Source of the DNA: Pyrodictium abyssi
Lineage (GTDB): Archaea; Thermoproteota; Thermoprotei_A; Sulfolobales; Pyrodictiaceae
Length of the DNA: 32,000 bases
Assembly (NCBI RefSeq): GCF_036323395.1
Contig: NZ_AP028907.1
Coordinates: forward strand, 960,001 to 992,000
Direction of reading: 5' to 3'
Under the pieces are notes generated by a model. The model did not search any database and was not told where the DNA came from. It saw only the letters and a program-made list of their open reading frames with translations. The position numbers and the translations under genes are program-made. How positions within the stretch are numbered: position 1 is the stretch's first letter; each line of letters starts with the position of its first letter. This document shows positions 8,733-18,737 of this stretch, in pieces.

Positions 8733-9654
8733 CCTCCCACGCTATAGCCTCTGCTAGTGGGACGGGGACCGCCTCGCCAACCTGGTTGTACTGCTCGTCC
8801 TTGCCTCCAAGGAACACGTGGTTGTCCGGGAACCCCATCAGCCTTGCCTGCTCCCTAACAGTGAGGAACCTGTCCTCGTACGGGTGTATAAACCTGCTCG
8901 AGCCGAGTACTGTCGGTGCGTGGCGCCTCGGGTCGAGCCTTATGAGGTTAGGATAACGGCGCCCCTCAGCCCCCTCGTAGTATATCAGTGCTTGGCCCCA
9001 GCGTAGCCTCGCTATTCGGCGTGCCTTCCGGGGACTCAGTGACGGCGGCTCGTGGTTCAGTACATCGCTGCTACCAGGCTCCGGGAGACCCCGGAGAGCC
9101 TCCTCCACAGTTATCCTGCGCGGGAGCTTCCGTGGCCTAATCCTGATGTTGGAGATGAATACACGTAGCCTGTGGCTAGGCGTGCCGTAGTCCTCGGCCG
9201 CCAACACGTTGAAGTATATCTCGGGGTAACCGGCCTCAGCAAATATGCGGCGTAGCTCCTCCTTCACGTCTAGTATGCCAGGGACGTTCTCCATCACGAA
9301 TACCTTGGGCTTTAGCTCGCCCACTATCCTGGCGAAGTGGAGGGCCAGCTGCCCGGCTGGGTCCTGGTACAGCCGGTCTATAGGGTTCTTCATGCGCCGC
9401 GGGTTTGCCCCAGTATACGGCTCACACGGCGGACTCCCTATGACCACGTCAGGGCGGCCCACAAGCTTCTCGATGAGCGCTCCAGTCACCTCCTTTATGT
9501 CCATGGCTAGGGCCACTGCCTCGGGGAAGTTGGCCTTGTAGCTACGGATCGCAGCAGGGTCATTGTCTATGCCCAGAAGTACCCGGAACCCAGCTCGTCG
9601 GAACCCTTCTGCAAACCCGCCAGCGCCGCTAAACAGATCTACGAGGCTTGGCAC
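8704..9654 (-). CDS. DNA (cytosine-5) methyltransferase
   Basis: ORF 316 aa with motif [16 protein letters not shown], motif [17 protein letters not shown], motif [11 protein letters not shown], motif VIII HRLRVFI, motif [21 protein letters not shown]. Confidence 0.9.
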   Translation of the reverse strand: MPSLVDLFSGAGGFAEGFRRAGFRVLLGIDNDPAAIRSYKANFPEAVALAMDIKEVTGALIEKLVGRPDVVIGSPPCEPYTGANPRRMKNPIDRLYQDPAGQLALHFARIVGELKPKVFVMENVPGILDVKEELRRIFAEAGYPEIYFNVLAAEDYGTPSHRLRVFISNIRIRPRKLPRRITVEEALRGLPEPGSSDVLNHEPPSLSPRKARRIARLRWGQALIYYEGAEGRRYPNLIRLDPRRHAPTVLGSSRFIHPYEDRFLTVREQARLMGFPDNHVFLGGKDEQYNQVGEAVPVPLAEAIAWEVRRFLEKVS

Positions 9655-10171
9655 TGTTGATTTCAGCCTCCAGTAGGGCTATGTACTGCCTTATGATCTG
9701 TATTCGTAGCTCTCTATCCTGATCGGGGACCAGCATCGTCCCGCAGCGTGGGCACGCAAACTCGTGGTCTAGCGCCTCCTCAAACGTATACTTCGTGCCA
9801 TCGGTCGGGCATACGTAGTAGTGTATGCTCTCCTCGCGCTCCAGCAGCATCTGGAGCCTCTCAAGAGTAGCGCGTTTACGCGCCTCTATTATAGCCGGAA
9901 GCCCCTCGTAGTTTATCCTCCAGTAGAAGATAAGCCTGTTCTTCTCAGGATGCTTCTGCCTACGGTATACGGCCAGCCCCTTCTCCGCAAGGAGGTTGAG
10001 AGATCGCCGTATAGCATTCAGCTTCAGCCCCGTCTTCTCGGCCAGGTCTATCTCCGAGAGTTCGCCACCCTCCTCGTAGAGGGCCTGGAGCACTATGCGC
10101 GCGTCCCGGTCTATCAGCCTCTCTATGAACGTGTAGAGCTTCTCCAGCTCGCTGCTACTGGTCATTTCCAC
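9629..10171 (-). CDS. tfe: Transcription initiation factor TFE (alpha subunit)
   Basis: ORF 180 aa; N-terminal winged helix ([34 protein letters not shown]) plus zinc ribbon [29 protein letters not shown]. Confidence 0.93.
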   Translation of the reverse strand: MEMTSSSELEKLYTFIERLIDRDARIVLQALYEEGGELSEIDLAEKTGLKLNAIRRSLNLLAEKGLAVYRRQKHPEKNRLIFYWRINYEGLPAIIEARKRATLERLQMLLEREESIHYYVCPTDGTKYTFEEALDHEFACPRCGTMLVPDQDRELRIQIIRQYIALLEAEINSAKPRRSV

Positions 10172-10189
10172 AGCGCACCCGGTATAGTA

Positions 10190-10759
10190 CTATTTATCCT
10201 CTTCCAGGCTTACTACCTTTTTGCCGCGGCGCGAGGGCACTATCCTCACACGCGCACCGGGGAATTCTACATGCAGCTCTTCTCCCCGGTAAAGCCTATC
10301 AAGGAACACAGCTAGCGCGGCCACCTCGCTGTGCGGCTGGTTCCCAATAGCCACGTTATAGTCTGCAGCCTCGTAGAAGAAGGGAGGCACCTTCTCAGCT
10401 CCAACCACTATAAGCTTAGGCCTGGGACTAGCCCTTATCTCGTCTATAACATCGTCAACGTGGAGCCCGTACATGGTGAGGTGTATGACCTCCCCGCCGC
10501 TCCTCTTCCAGTCGGAGACGTAGCGCCTACTACTAACACCACATAGCAGCTCCATCGAGCCGCCCCACCGCTCTAGGACGCCCTGGAGCGAGTCCATAAC
10601 GTGGTCGTCGCAGACGTCCCCTAGGACAAACCCGTTAGCCCCGAAAGCGCGGGCCACGAGGCCCACGTGCGTCGTTATTCTCTTGTCGCGCTGTGGCCGA
10701 TGGCCTATCCTCAGCACGTAGACCCGGCCGTACCTCTCAGCAGGGTGGCCACCCGGCAT
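10190..10759 (-). CDS. tRNA (cytidine-56-2'-O)-methyltransferase aTrm56
   Basis: ORF 189 aa; [70 protein letters not shown] are aTrm56 SPOUT motifs. Confidence 0.93.
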   Translation of the reverse strand: MPGGHPAERYGRVYVLRIGHRPQRDKRITTHVGLVARAFGANGFVLGDVCDDHVMDSLQGVLERWGGSMELLCGVSSRRYVSDWKRSGGEVIHLTMYGLHVDDVIDEIRASPRPKLIVVGAEKVPPFFYEAADYNVAIGNQPHSEVAALAVFLDRLYRGEELHVEFPGARVRIVPSRRGKKVVSLEEDK

Positions 10760-11889
10760 AGCAGCCTGCCCACGCCCTCACCAGTCGCGGCGGAGACGGG
10801 TATAACTCCCTGGAGCCCAGGGTAGACGGACTCAGCCATGGCCTCTATTAGGCCGAGTATGCGCTCCAGGTCGCTCCTGTCGTGGACCAGGTCAACCTTG
10901 TTAGCCGCTATCAACATGGGTTTGTCCACGACGCCTATTCTGCGGAGTGTGTCCAGGCCCTCACTGAGCTTCTCAGTTATAACGTACTCGTCCTCCGAGA
11001 CGTCGAGCACGTAGAGTATGAGGTCGGCATAGGCGGCCTCCTCTAGTGTCGAGTGAAAGGCCTCTATTATCTCGGGCGGTATCCTGGAGATGAACCCTAC
11101 TGTGTCGACCACGGCGAAGCGTAGCCCGTCAAAGCTCGTGGCCTTGACCTTGGGGGATATAGTGGTGAAGTACTCGGGGCCTGCTGGCTTCTTCTCGCCG
11201 CTAATTCTGTTAAACAACGTGGTCTTCCCGGCGCTAGCGTAGCCGACTATAGCTACGTGTGGTAGCCCCGCGCTCCTCCTCTTAGCCCTCTCTATCTCGC
11301 GGCGCCTCCTTAGCTCCTGTAGCTCGCGGCGTATCCTAGCTATGCGCGAGACCATGTACCGGTAGTAGGCGTCTACAGCGTAGCCGCCAGGGCCGAGGAA
11401 GCCTGGCAGCTCCCGCATCTTAGCGAGCCTTATGGCCTCCTTTATCACGGGTAGCTGGTGTTTGAGCCTGGCGAGCTCTATCTGTAGCTTGGCCTCCCGG
11501 CTACCAGCGTGTAGAGCGAATATCTCGAGTATGAGCAGCGTCCTATCTATGGCATCTACCCGTGCCTCGCGTACTACGCGGAAGTACTCTCTGGGCTTCA
11601 GCTCGTCGTAGACTACTATTCTGGCGTCCTCGTCGCCGCGGAGAGGCTCGGCCTTCGCGGCCAGCTCCTCGAGCTTAGCCTTACTGAAGAGCCTGGACCT
11701 CGACACTGGCCGGTACCGTACAACGTCTACCACAGTGTAGCCAGCTGTCTCTAACAGCGCATAGGCCTCCCTCTCCTCCCAGCCAGTCAGCCTCCGGGGT
11801 AGAGCCAGTAGAGCCCGTCTCAAGGCCTGTTCACGCATCCCTCGGGGCATCGAGCAATGAACAGCTCCTCTAGGCCGTGAAAAGGTCAT
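10711..11889 (-). CDS. hflX: HflX-family GTPase
   Basis: ORF 392 aa; [51 protein letters not shown]. Start likely internal (11850 or 11838). Confidence 0.92.
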   Translation of the reverse strand: MTFSRPRGAVHCSMPRGMREQALRRALLALPRRLTGWEEREAYALLETAGYTVVDVVRYRPVSRSRLFSKAKLEELAAKAEPLRGDEDARIVVYDELKPREYFRVVREARVDAIDRTLLILEIFALHAGSREAKLQIELARLKHQLPVIKEAIRLAKMRELPGFLGPGGYAVDAYYRYMVSRIARIRRELQELRRRREIERAKRRSAGLPHVAIVGYASAGKTTLFNRISGEKKPAGPEYFTTISPKVKATSFDGLRFAVVDTVGFISRIPPEIIEAFHSTLEEAAYADLILYVLDVSEDEYVITEKLSEGLDTLRRIGVVDKPMLIAANKVDLVHDRSDLERILGLIEAMAESVYPGLQGVIPVSAATGEGVGRLLCRVATLLRGTAGSTC

Positions 11890-11970
11890 CTACAGAAACC
11901 AGGCTATAGACCTATGCGGCGCTCTCTAGAAAGCCGGAACGACGTCAAACATGAATAGGGCAGTGGGCTG

Positions 11971-12591
11971 CTAGTCTTCGCGTAGCTCGGCTATATCGCC
12001 GAGGGTAAGGTAGAACTCGCTCTTCCGGCCGCTCGCTAGCGGCTCTTCCTCCTCCTCTACGACGGGCTCTAGCAGCTTAACGCCAAGCACGCGTTCAAGC
12101 CTCATAGCCAGGTCTATGGGGGGCACCAGTGTACCGGCTTCAATCCTCTTTATCACGTTCTCGCCGACCTTCACCTTGATAGCTAGCTCCTTCTGTGAGA
12201 GGCCGAGCCTCTCGCGGGCTCTCCTAACCCTCTCAGCATAGTCCTCGACAACCTCATAGCGCTCTATAGCCCCTAGGCCGGGTCCGCGGCGCCTCGGGGG
12301 CTTACGCGGCTGCTGGCGTGTCGAGGGGCCGGCGGCAGGCCGTGGCTCCGTGTGCCGCGGGGTAGGCGGTGTAGCTGGCCTCGCGGGCTCTGGCCTCTCT
12401 CTACGCGGTGCTATGCGGAGTCGCAACGGCTCGTCGGTGCCAGTGCGAGTAGCGCGCGACATGTAGCGGCGGTAGCAACGCTCGCACACAACCATCTCGG
12501 TCGTCTCGACTACTATGGTGTAGCTCCTGCCCTCTATCGGCATGCCGCACATCTCACAGTATATTGGCTCGCGGCGCCTCTGTAGAGGCAT
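11971..12591 (-). CDS. Archaeal multiprotein-bridging factor MBF1 (Zn ribbon + HTH)
   Basis: YCEMCGMPIEGRSYTIVVETTEMVVCERCYRRY zinc ribbon; YAERVRRARERLGLSQKELAIKVKVGENVIKRIEAGTLVPPIDLAMRLERVLGVKL cro/C1 HTH. Confidence 0.92.
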   Translation of the reverse strand: MPLQRRREPIYCEMCGMPIEGRSYTIVVETTEMVVCERCYRRYMSRATRTGTDEPLRLRIAPRRERPEPARPATPPTPRHTEPRPAAGPSTRQQPRKPPRRRGPGLGAIERYEVVEDYAERVRRARERLGLSQKELAIKVKVGENVIKRIEAGTLVPPIDLAMRLERVLGVKLLEPVVEEEEEPLASGRKSEFYLTLGDIAELRED

Positions 12592-12682
12592 GCTGGAGTA
12601 TCACCACCGTACTCACGGGGCGTAAACCATTATTTAGGTCTTCATAGAGTCTCTTAATATAGGTGCATGGTGGCGCTAGGGT

Positions 12683-13888
12683 ATGCAGCACCGCAGCGTC
12701 GATAATGAACTCACAAAGGACTACATATACTACCTCGAGCGAAGAATACGAGAACTTGAAGCCGAGAGGTCAGAGCTACGCCGCGAGCTACGCCGATACC
12801 GTATGGAGGTAGACAAGCTCCTAAGCCCGCCGCTAATAGAGGCGATGGTGCTCAGTGTCCTCCCCGACGGACGCGTTGTCGTGAAGAGCAGTACTGGGCC
12901 TAACCTCGTAGTGAATGTGTCGTCAAACGTAGACGTGTCCAAGCTGGTCCCCGGGGCATACGTAGCTCTAAACCAGCGAGGCTCAACCATAGTAGAAGTC
13001 CTCCCGGAGCGTGAAGACCCATACATAAAGGCTATGGAGGTCACTGAGAGGCCAAAGGTGACGTTCGACGATATAGGTGGACTTGAGGAGCAAAAACGCG
13101 AGCTCTACGAGGCCGTGATACTGCCGCTAGTGAAGCCTGAGGCTTTCCGCGAGCTGGGCATAGAGCCGCCTAAGGGCGTGCTCCTCTATGGCCCGCCTGG
13201 CTGCGGTAAGACACTCCTAGCGAAGGCCGTAGCAGCGATGAGCAATGCTACGTTCATACGCGTTGTGGCGTCGGAGTTCGTCCACAAGTACGTAGGCGAG
13301 GGCGCTAGGATAGTACGTGAAGTATTCAAGCTAGCCCGTAAGAAGGCGCCGAGCATAATATTCATAGACGAGATAGACGCGATAGCAGCCAAAAGGATAG
13401 ACGTAGGCACTAGTGGTGAGCGCGAGATACAGCGCACGCTTATGCAGCTACTAGCAGAGCTGGACGGCTTTGACCCGCTAGGCGACGTCAAGGTAATAGC
13501 CGCGACGAACCGGATCGACATACTCGACCCAGCGCTGCTGAGGCCAGGCCGCTTCGACCGGCTCATCTACGTGCCGCCGCCAGACGAGCATGGCCGCCTA
13601 GAGATATTCAAGATACACACGAGGAGGATGAAGCTGGCAGAGGACGTAGACCTAGCATACCTGGCCAGGATAACTGAGGGGGCGACAGGCGCGGATATAA
13701 GAGCAATAGTGATGGAGGCAGGGTTCTCGGCGCTGCGCAACAACCGCAAGCACGTAACCATGGAGGACTTCATAGCAGCTGTCGAGAAGGTGATGAAGAA
13801 GAGGCGCCGTCCCTACGTAGACAACCCGGAGTACTTCGAGAACAACCCCATAGCCAGCGTGAGCGAGAACGCTGTAATGCACATCTAG
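12683..13888 (+). CDS. pan: Proteasome-activating nucleotidase (PAN), AAA+ ATPase
   Basis: ORF 401 aa; N-terminal coiled coil, OB segment, [15 protein letters not shown] Walker [12 protein letters not shown] Walker [24 protein letters not shown]. Confidence 0.95.
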   Translation: MQHRSVDNELTKDYIYYLERRIRELEAERSELRRELRRYRMEVDKLLSPPLIEAMVLSVLPDGRVVVKSSTGPNLVVNVSSNVDVSKLVPGAYVALNQRGSTIVEVLPEREDPYIKAMEVTERPKVTFDDIGGLEEQKRELYEAVILPLVKPEAFRELGIEPPKGVLLYGPPGCGKTLLAKAVAAMSNATFIRVVASEFVHKYVGEGARIVREVFKLARKKAPSIIFIDEIDAIAAKRIDVGTSGEREIQRTLMQLLAELDGFDPLGDVKVIAATNRIDILDPALLRPGRFDRLIYVPPPDEHGRLEIFKIHTRRMKLAEDVDLAYLARITEGATGADIRAIVMEAGFSALRNNRKHVTMEDFIAAVEKVMKKRRRPYVDNPEYFENNPIASVSENAVMHI

Positions 13889-14571
13889 GTGCCGGCTTCT
13901 CTGCCGGCCTCTCTGTGGATTTTGCGGTACCTCGCCCAGATAGACCCCATTCTCGAGACCATGCGGCTCCAGGTCTTCTTGTCAACCTCCTCGTAGTGGA
14001 TATCCGCGCGGCCGTCGCGGTGTACACGGTAGCCCTTCTTGAGGTACAGTTTCCCGTCCCGTGTAGCGAACACAGTACAGTAAGTCAATAGGCACACAAT
14101 GGGCTTCGCATGCTTCCCGTACTTCTCGAGTGTGCACGAGCCCTCCCCCACGTCGAAGAATATGCAGCGGCCCATTGTCTCGGTGTCTAGCCTATAGATG
14201 CGGACCCAGCCACCTGGCGTACGGATGAGCTCGCTCGGCTGCCTGGTTATACGGTCCCTTACCTCCCCCGGTAGCCAGCGCAGCTCGTTCTCGACGATGA
14301 ATGCCCCGCTTCTTATAACGCAGCAGCGGTTACAGCCCCGTGGACACTCCATCTTGTAGGCGTCGCGTAGAACACTCTCCCCTATCTCCTCGAAGACTAG
14401 CATGTTCACGTGCGTCCCGGGTGTAGGCTTAAACACTGCTAGTAGCCTCTTGAGCCGAGGGCTGTAGTAGACGCCCTGGAACCAGCGCTTAAGCCGTGCT
14501 GCCTCTCTCAGCGTGTATATGTTCCAGGCCTTATCCCTCCCGGGCTCTTTTAGCACGTACACCTTGCCCAT
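13885..14571 (-). CDS. YkgJ-like cysteine cluster (zinc/iron-chelating) protein
   Basis: ORF 228 aa; [23 protein letters not shown] ... [32 protein letters not shown]. Confidence 0.7.
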   Translation of the reverse strand: MGKVYVLKEPGRDKAWNIYTLREAARLKRWFQGVYYSPRLKRLLAVFKPTPGTHVNMLVFEEIGESVLRDAYKMECPRGCNRCCVIRSGAFIVENELRWLPGEVRDRITRQPSELIRTPGGWVRIYRLDTETMGRCIFFDVGEGSCTLEKYGKHAKPIVCLLTYCTVFATRDGKLYLKKGYRVHRDGRADIHYEEVDKKTWSRMVSRMGSIWARYRKIHREAGREAGT

Positions 14572-14620
14572 TGCTCCTGCACCTTGGACGCGGTACAGCT
14601 GGGGTATCGGAGCACCCCCG

Positions 14621-15100
14621 TCACGTGGGCGGCCCCGCTGCAGATTCTCTAAGGAGTCTGCAGACCTCCTCTACCACTCCCCGCGGGAGCCTGGCCACTA
14701 TGCTTCTTATGCTGCGCCAGTGGCTCCACTCACCGTGGCTGCGGAGACCCCCGCTAAAGCTACGCGGTATATGCAGAATCTCGTGGACCAGCACAGACAC
14801 CATTTCGCGGCACGAAAGCCCCGCGAAGTTCTCGGATACCAGCTCGATGACATACATGGGCTCGCAGAGGCCTAGCCTGGTAAAAGGCGAGGGGAGCCCC
14901 CAGATGCGCGCGTAGGCGCGCGTCCGGGACCCCGTGCTCCAGGCGGCGTAGACCCTGCTAGTATCAATGTAGTCCAGCCCCATAGCCTCTACTAGCATAC
15001 GGATGGCCTCCTCTAGCCTCCGGTCCCGCTTGTACTTCACCCTCGGCAAGGCCCAGGCCGCACCACGCTCGCAGCAGCCTGTATCGCAGAATGTAGACAC
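14621..15100 (-). CDS. Predicted archaeal metallopeptidase (HEILH motif, COG4900-like)
   Basis: ORF 159 aa; VSVLVHEILHIPRSFSGGLRSHGEWSHWRSI. Confidence 0.7.
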   Translation of the reverse strand: MSTFCDTGCCERGAAWALPRVKYKRDRRLEEAIRMLVEAMGLDYIDTSRVYAAWSTGSRTRAYARIWGLPSPFTRLGLCEPMYVIELVSENFAGLSCREMVSVLVHEILHIPRSFSGGLRSHGEWSHWRSIRSIVARLPRGVVEEVCRLLRESAAGPPT

Positions 15101-15185
15101 TCCAGGGAGGACCGCCGAGCGGAGAGACCCCCTGGGGCTAAAGAGCTGCCAGGCAGCGGCCTATAGGCCAAAAACAGTGCCGGTG

Positions 15186-16340
15186 TTAGCGGCGCCTCCT
15201 TCTGCGCCTCGTCTCCTCCTCTGTAACCTCGTAGGCTCTCACGCCGACACCAAGCAGCTTGCGGAACACGGCGTCGAGGAACTTTACGTGGAAGCCGCGT
15301 TGGCCTACGAAGGCGCCGAACTCGTCGCTCTTAACCTTCACAGCCAGATATGGGCCCTCGAAGTCGGCGTCAACAACGTGCTTGTATATCCAGCTCACAG
15401 GGTGTATAGCCCGTATTATGTTCGTGAAGTCTAGGGTCAGCTCCACAGCGCGTAGTCTTAGCTCGGTATCCTGCTCAATCTTCTGTATCCTCTCGCCGCC
15501 GCGGCCAACCAGCCTGCCCAGGTAGCCCTCCTTGACGAGTATCAGCGCGTCCGGCACGTGCTCTGCCGTTATTTCGAACTGCTTCTTAGCGTCGATGAAC
15601 TCTACTACGGTTATCACGTCGGCGTCAGGCGCGTATATCCTAGCAGCCTCCATTACCCGCTTCTCGACCTCGTTGAGCGGCCGGTTCCTCATCCTCATCT
15701 CTATCAACAGCCTTATGCCGCGGCGTGCGCCGGGACGTACTATGTCCTTCAGCCCTAGGTCTATCACCTTGGCGTTCTCCTCGCCTATCAGCACCTCCCG
15801 CATCACAGTAGCGCCGTCGCGCTCCACGTTGTGAGGCTTCTGGAACACCGGGTCACCCGCTATGATGAACTTGCTGTTACGGCCGATCCTCATCAGTATC
15901 TCTACGCTGCTCTCCGGCGGTATGTTCTGGGAGTCATCGAGGAATATTATCGAGTCGTCGAACGTCCTGCCGCGGAGGTAGTGGGTGTCGGCGAACATTA
16001 TCCTGCCCTCGTCTATGAGCTTCTCGACCTCCTTCCAGTCGATGAAGCCTGCCAGTATGTCGCGTAGGTAGGCCGACACTATGTCGTAATACTGCTGGCC
16101 TAGCTCTTGCGCGGTCAGCTCGCGGCCTGTGACAACGTCTACCACCGGCCTCGATATGATGAGCCTCTTGTACTTGCCCTCGAGCACAGCGTCGATGCCG
16201 TAGAGTACGCTGAAGAGGCTCTTACCGCTACCAGTCGGGCCGAAGAGACCTATTATCTCGTACTCGTCGCTGGTTAGAGCCTCGAGCATCTCCTCCTGGC
16301 CAGGGCTCATAGGCTTAAGCTTCTCCAGCAGCGCCCCCAT
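15186..16340 (-). CDS. PhoH-like ATPase with C-terminal KH domain
   Basis: ORF 384 aa; IIGLFGPTGSGKSLFSVLYGIDAVLEGKYKRLIISRPVVDV, SIIFLDDSQNIPPESSVEILMRIGRNSKFIIAGDP, KH-like LVKEGYLGRLVGRGGERIQKIEQDTELRL. Confidence 0.85.
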   Translation of the reverse strand: MGALLEKLKPMSPGQEEMLEALTSDEYEIIGLFGPTGSGKSLFSVLYGIDAVLEGKYKRLIISRPVVDVVTGRELTAQELGQQYYDIVSAYLRDILAGFIDWKEVEKLIDEGRIMFADTHYLRGRTFDDSIIFLDDSQNIPPESSVEILMRIGRNSKFIIAGDPVFQKPHNVERDGATVMREVLIGEENAKVIDLGLKDIVRPGARRGIRLLIEMRMRNRPLNEVEKRVMEAARIYAPDADVITVVEFIDAKKQFEITAEHVPDALILVKEGYLGRLVGRGGERIQKIEQDTELRLRAVELTLDFTNIIRAIHPVSWIYKHVVDADFEGPYLAVKVKSDEFGAFVGQRGFHVKFLDAVFRKLLGVGVRAYEVTEEETRRRRRRR

Positions 16341-16465
16341 TGTTCTCCCACCTCGTCAGCCCCTTCGCGGCATCTTATCCATCTAGACTAGTGTGGGGCA
16401 GCCAAACAAGCCCTTATCAATCTTCTAGACCCCGCTGCAGGGCTGTACCCGCCGGGGGATACGAG

Positions 16466-17116
16466 GTGACGGCGCAGAGTAGAGAGACAGGCTGGTGGGA
16501 AGCCAAGAGAGAAGCCTGGGAGAGGCTCTGGGAGGATCTCAGGATAGGCTACCTGGACGACGACATCCTAGACGTGCTGGTGGAGATATTCCTACGGCCC
16601 CGCAGCTACTCTAAGAGCAGCTGCTCCGGCAGGATAACAGTGATAGACGCCAAGTACCCCTGGGCCAAGGACGACACTATGACAGTCTTCAAGAAGCATA
16701 GCCCGGTGAGCTACGGGGAGATAGAGAGGGTGCTATCGAGGCCCTGGGCGCACCGCCTCTGGCTAAGCGTACAGGGGCCCATATACCACGTGTACGTGGA
16801 GAGCCTCTCCGAGGCCGAGGAGATACTAGCAGCAGCGCGCGAAGCCGGGTTCAAGCACAGCGGGGTAATGGTCCTAGGCGAGACGCCCCTAGTAGAGCTC
16901 CGCACCGGAGTGCGTGCAGACGTACTGCTAGCTGACGATGAACGCCTCATCGTGGAGGGTGAGGCGCTGCGCCGCGTAGTCGATGTGGCCAATGACGTGC
17001 TACGCCAGGCTAAGGAGAGGAATCGGAGACTGCTGGAAGCCCTGCGTAAGAGAAGACCATCAGAGCTATGGAGGCCAGCGGAGGAGAAGGCTCGGCAGCT
17101 AGGCCTCCTAGGCTAG
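16466..17116 (+). CDS. taw3: TYW3/Taw3-family wyosine-biosynthesis tRNA methyltransferase
   Basis: KSSCSGRITVIDAKYPWAKDD...KKHSPVSYGEIE... typical of TYW3; likely GTG start at 16466 rather than the track start 16340. Confidence 0.8.
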   Translation: MTAQSRETGWWEAKREAWERLWEDLRIGYLDDDILDVLVEIFLRPRSYSKSSCSGRITVIDAKYPWAKDDTMTVFKKHSPVSYGEIERVLSRPWAHRLWLSVQGPIYHVYVESLSEAEEILAAAREAGFKHSGVMVLGETPLVELRTGVRADVLLADDERLIVEGEALRRVVDVANDVLRQAKERNRRLLEALRKRRPSELWRPAEEKARQLGLLG

Positions 17117-17179
17117 CATGCGACACGGCCCTGCAAGTCTAGCTGACTCTTCTTTAACCTCCAATCGTATCCATAATGC

Positions 17180-17656
17180 ATGGAACCGGGGTGTGTCTCA
17201 GCGTTGAGCGCAGAAGCCCCACCCGAGGAGCTACGCATCTCGGACGTGATGACCGTTAACGTGATCACGTCTCGGCCCGACGAGACAGTAGTTGACGCGG
17301 CCCGTAAGATGGCTGAGAACGACGTGGGCAGCGTAGTCGTAGTAGATGATAGGGGCACTATACTCGGGATAGTGACTGAGGGCGACATAGTGCGCCGCGT
17401 AGTAGCCCGCGGCCTTGACCCCTCTAAGACGCTAGTAGGCGACATAATGACGCAGAACCCCGTCACTATATACGAGGACGCGACGCTCGCAGCAGCGGCG
17501 GAGTACATGAGGGAGAAGGGAATAGGCCATCTACCCGTAGTGAACGAGCACGGCAGACTCGTCGGCATAATATCACGTAGCGATATAGTCCGTCTAGCGC
17601 CGGGCCTTATCGAGGTACTCTACCTGCGTAGAGGCGGAGAACGGGCCCAGGAGTAG
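17180..17656 (+). CDS. CBS-domain protein 1 (two CBS motifs)
   Basis: ISDVMTVNVITSRPDETVVDAARKMAENDVGSVVVVDDRGTILGIVTEGDIVRR...VGDIMTQNPVTIYEDATLAAAAEYMREKGIGHLPVVNEHGRLVGIISRSDIVR. Confidence 0.93.
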   Translation: MEPGCVSALSAEAPPEELRISDVMTVNVITSRPDETVVDAARKMAENDVGSVVVVDDRGTILGIVTEGDIVRRVVARGLDPSKTLVGDIMTQNPVTIYEDATLAAAAEYMREKGIGHLPVVNEHGRLVGIISRSDIVRLAPGLIEVLYLRRGGERAQE

Positions 17657-17745
17657 GCGGTGTAAGGGTAGCAGTCGGCTCTGCTGCCCGCATAGTCATC
17701 ATGCTACGGAAGAGATTTTACTCGAACAATACCTAGTACATAACT

Positions 17746-18567
17746 ATGGTGTTGGGCCTGGATGCTCGTATAGCGGATATCTTCTCGCCACGATATCCAT
17801 ACGTACTCCCCGACGCCGGTTTCGGGGAGCTGCGCCGCATAGTGAGAGAGCAGCGCGTCAGGATGATACCCGTAGTAGCCGATGAGAGGACCATGAAGCT
17901 TCTAGGCATAATACGTAGAGGAGCCCTGCTCCTCGCAACCGGCACCAAGGTCGAGATAACAGCGAAGGACCTGCTAGAGGACCAGGTGGTCACACTACTA
18001 CCTTCTGGTAGTATAGTTGAGGCGGCACGCCAAATGCTCCGCGTTGATGAGTGGTATGCCCCAGTGACCGATGAAGAGAGGCGGCTCCTAGGAGTGCTCG
18101 GCCTAGAAGACATAATACGCTACATACTAGAAAAACACATGGATAAGCTCCAAAGGCCGGTCTCCGACGTAATGGAGACCAAGATAGTCTACGTCGAGCC
18201 CGACACTCCGATCTACAAGGTATGGCAAATGATGCTCTCCCGCCGCCTAGCAGCTCTACCTGTGATAAAGAATGGGAAGATAATCGGTGTGATCGCTGAG
18301 CATGACTTGATAACTCATGGCTTCACACGTCCCGATTTCGAGTCCTCTTCTGGTCACCGTAGGGGCCCCACAGTGGGGGAGGTAATGTCTACTCCTGCTG
18401 TGACTATTGAGCCAGACACGCCTCTATCCGAGGCGGCAAGACTCATTGTTGAACGGGACATAGGGAGGATATACGTAGCCGATAGTAGTGGTATGTTGCA
18501 GGGAGTTGTAGACCGTAGCGATGTAGTGGCAGCCTGGCTTAAAGCTATGGGTATAAGGCCATTATGA
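17746..18567 (+). CDS. CBS-domain protein 2 (about four CBS motifs)
   Basis: VSDVMETKIVYVEPDTPIYKVWQMMLSRRLAALPVIKNGKIIGVIAEHDLI; VGEVMSTPAVTIEPDTPLSEAARLIVERDIGRIYVADSSGMLQGVVDRSDVV; two divergent N-terminal CBS units. Confidence 0.9.
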   Translation: MVLGLDARIADIFSPRYPYVLPDAGFGELRRIVREQRVRMIPVVADERTMKLLGIIRRGALLLATGTKVEITAKDLLEDQVVTLLPSGSIVEAARQMLRVDEWYAPVTDEERRLLGVLGLEDIIRYILEKHMDKLQRPVSDVMETKIVYVEPDTPIYKVWQMMLSRRLAALPVIKNGKIIGVIAEHDLITHGFTRPDFESSSGHRRGPTVGEVMSTPAVTIEPDTPLSEAARLIVERDIGRIYVADSSGMLQGVVDRSDVVAAWLKAMGIRPL

Positions 18568-18652
18568 AATCTAATTTATTATCCACTATAGATATACCTA
18601 AAGCATGGAGTACGGGGCCAAAACACTATGGATATATACCCTGGCCTCCAAG

Positions 18653-18660
18653 TTTTATAT
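18653..18660 (+). promoter_or_regulatory. TATA-like box upstream of CBS protein 3
   Basis: TTTTATAT at 18653-18660, immediately followed by an inverted repeat; gene start at 18738 with GGAGGTGA at 18721-18728. Confidence 0.5.
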
Positions 18661-18666
18661 CGTGTT

Positions 18667-18685
18667 CGTGTACATTGTGTACACG
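18667..18685. promoter_or_regulatory. Operator-like palindrome CGTGTACA-TTG-TGTACACG
   Basis: Perfect 8-bp inverted arms with 3-nt spacer, placed just downstream of the TATA-like element near the expected transcription start. Confidence 0.55.
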
Positions 18686-18737
18686 TACACGGTTTAGGTC
18701 GATAACAGTCCATGTGTCGCGGAGGTGATGTATTGGC

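Noticed and set aside
8704-9654. Possibility of a complete restriction-modification system around the C5 methyltransferase
   Set aside because: Neighbours are TFE, aTrm56, HflX and a SPOUT-like protein; none looks like an endonuclease.
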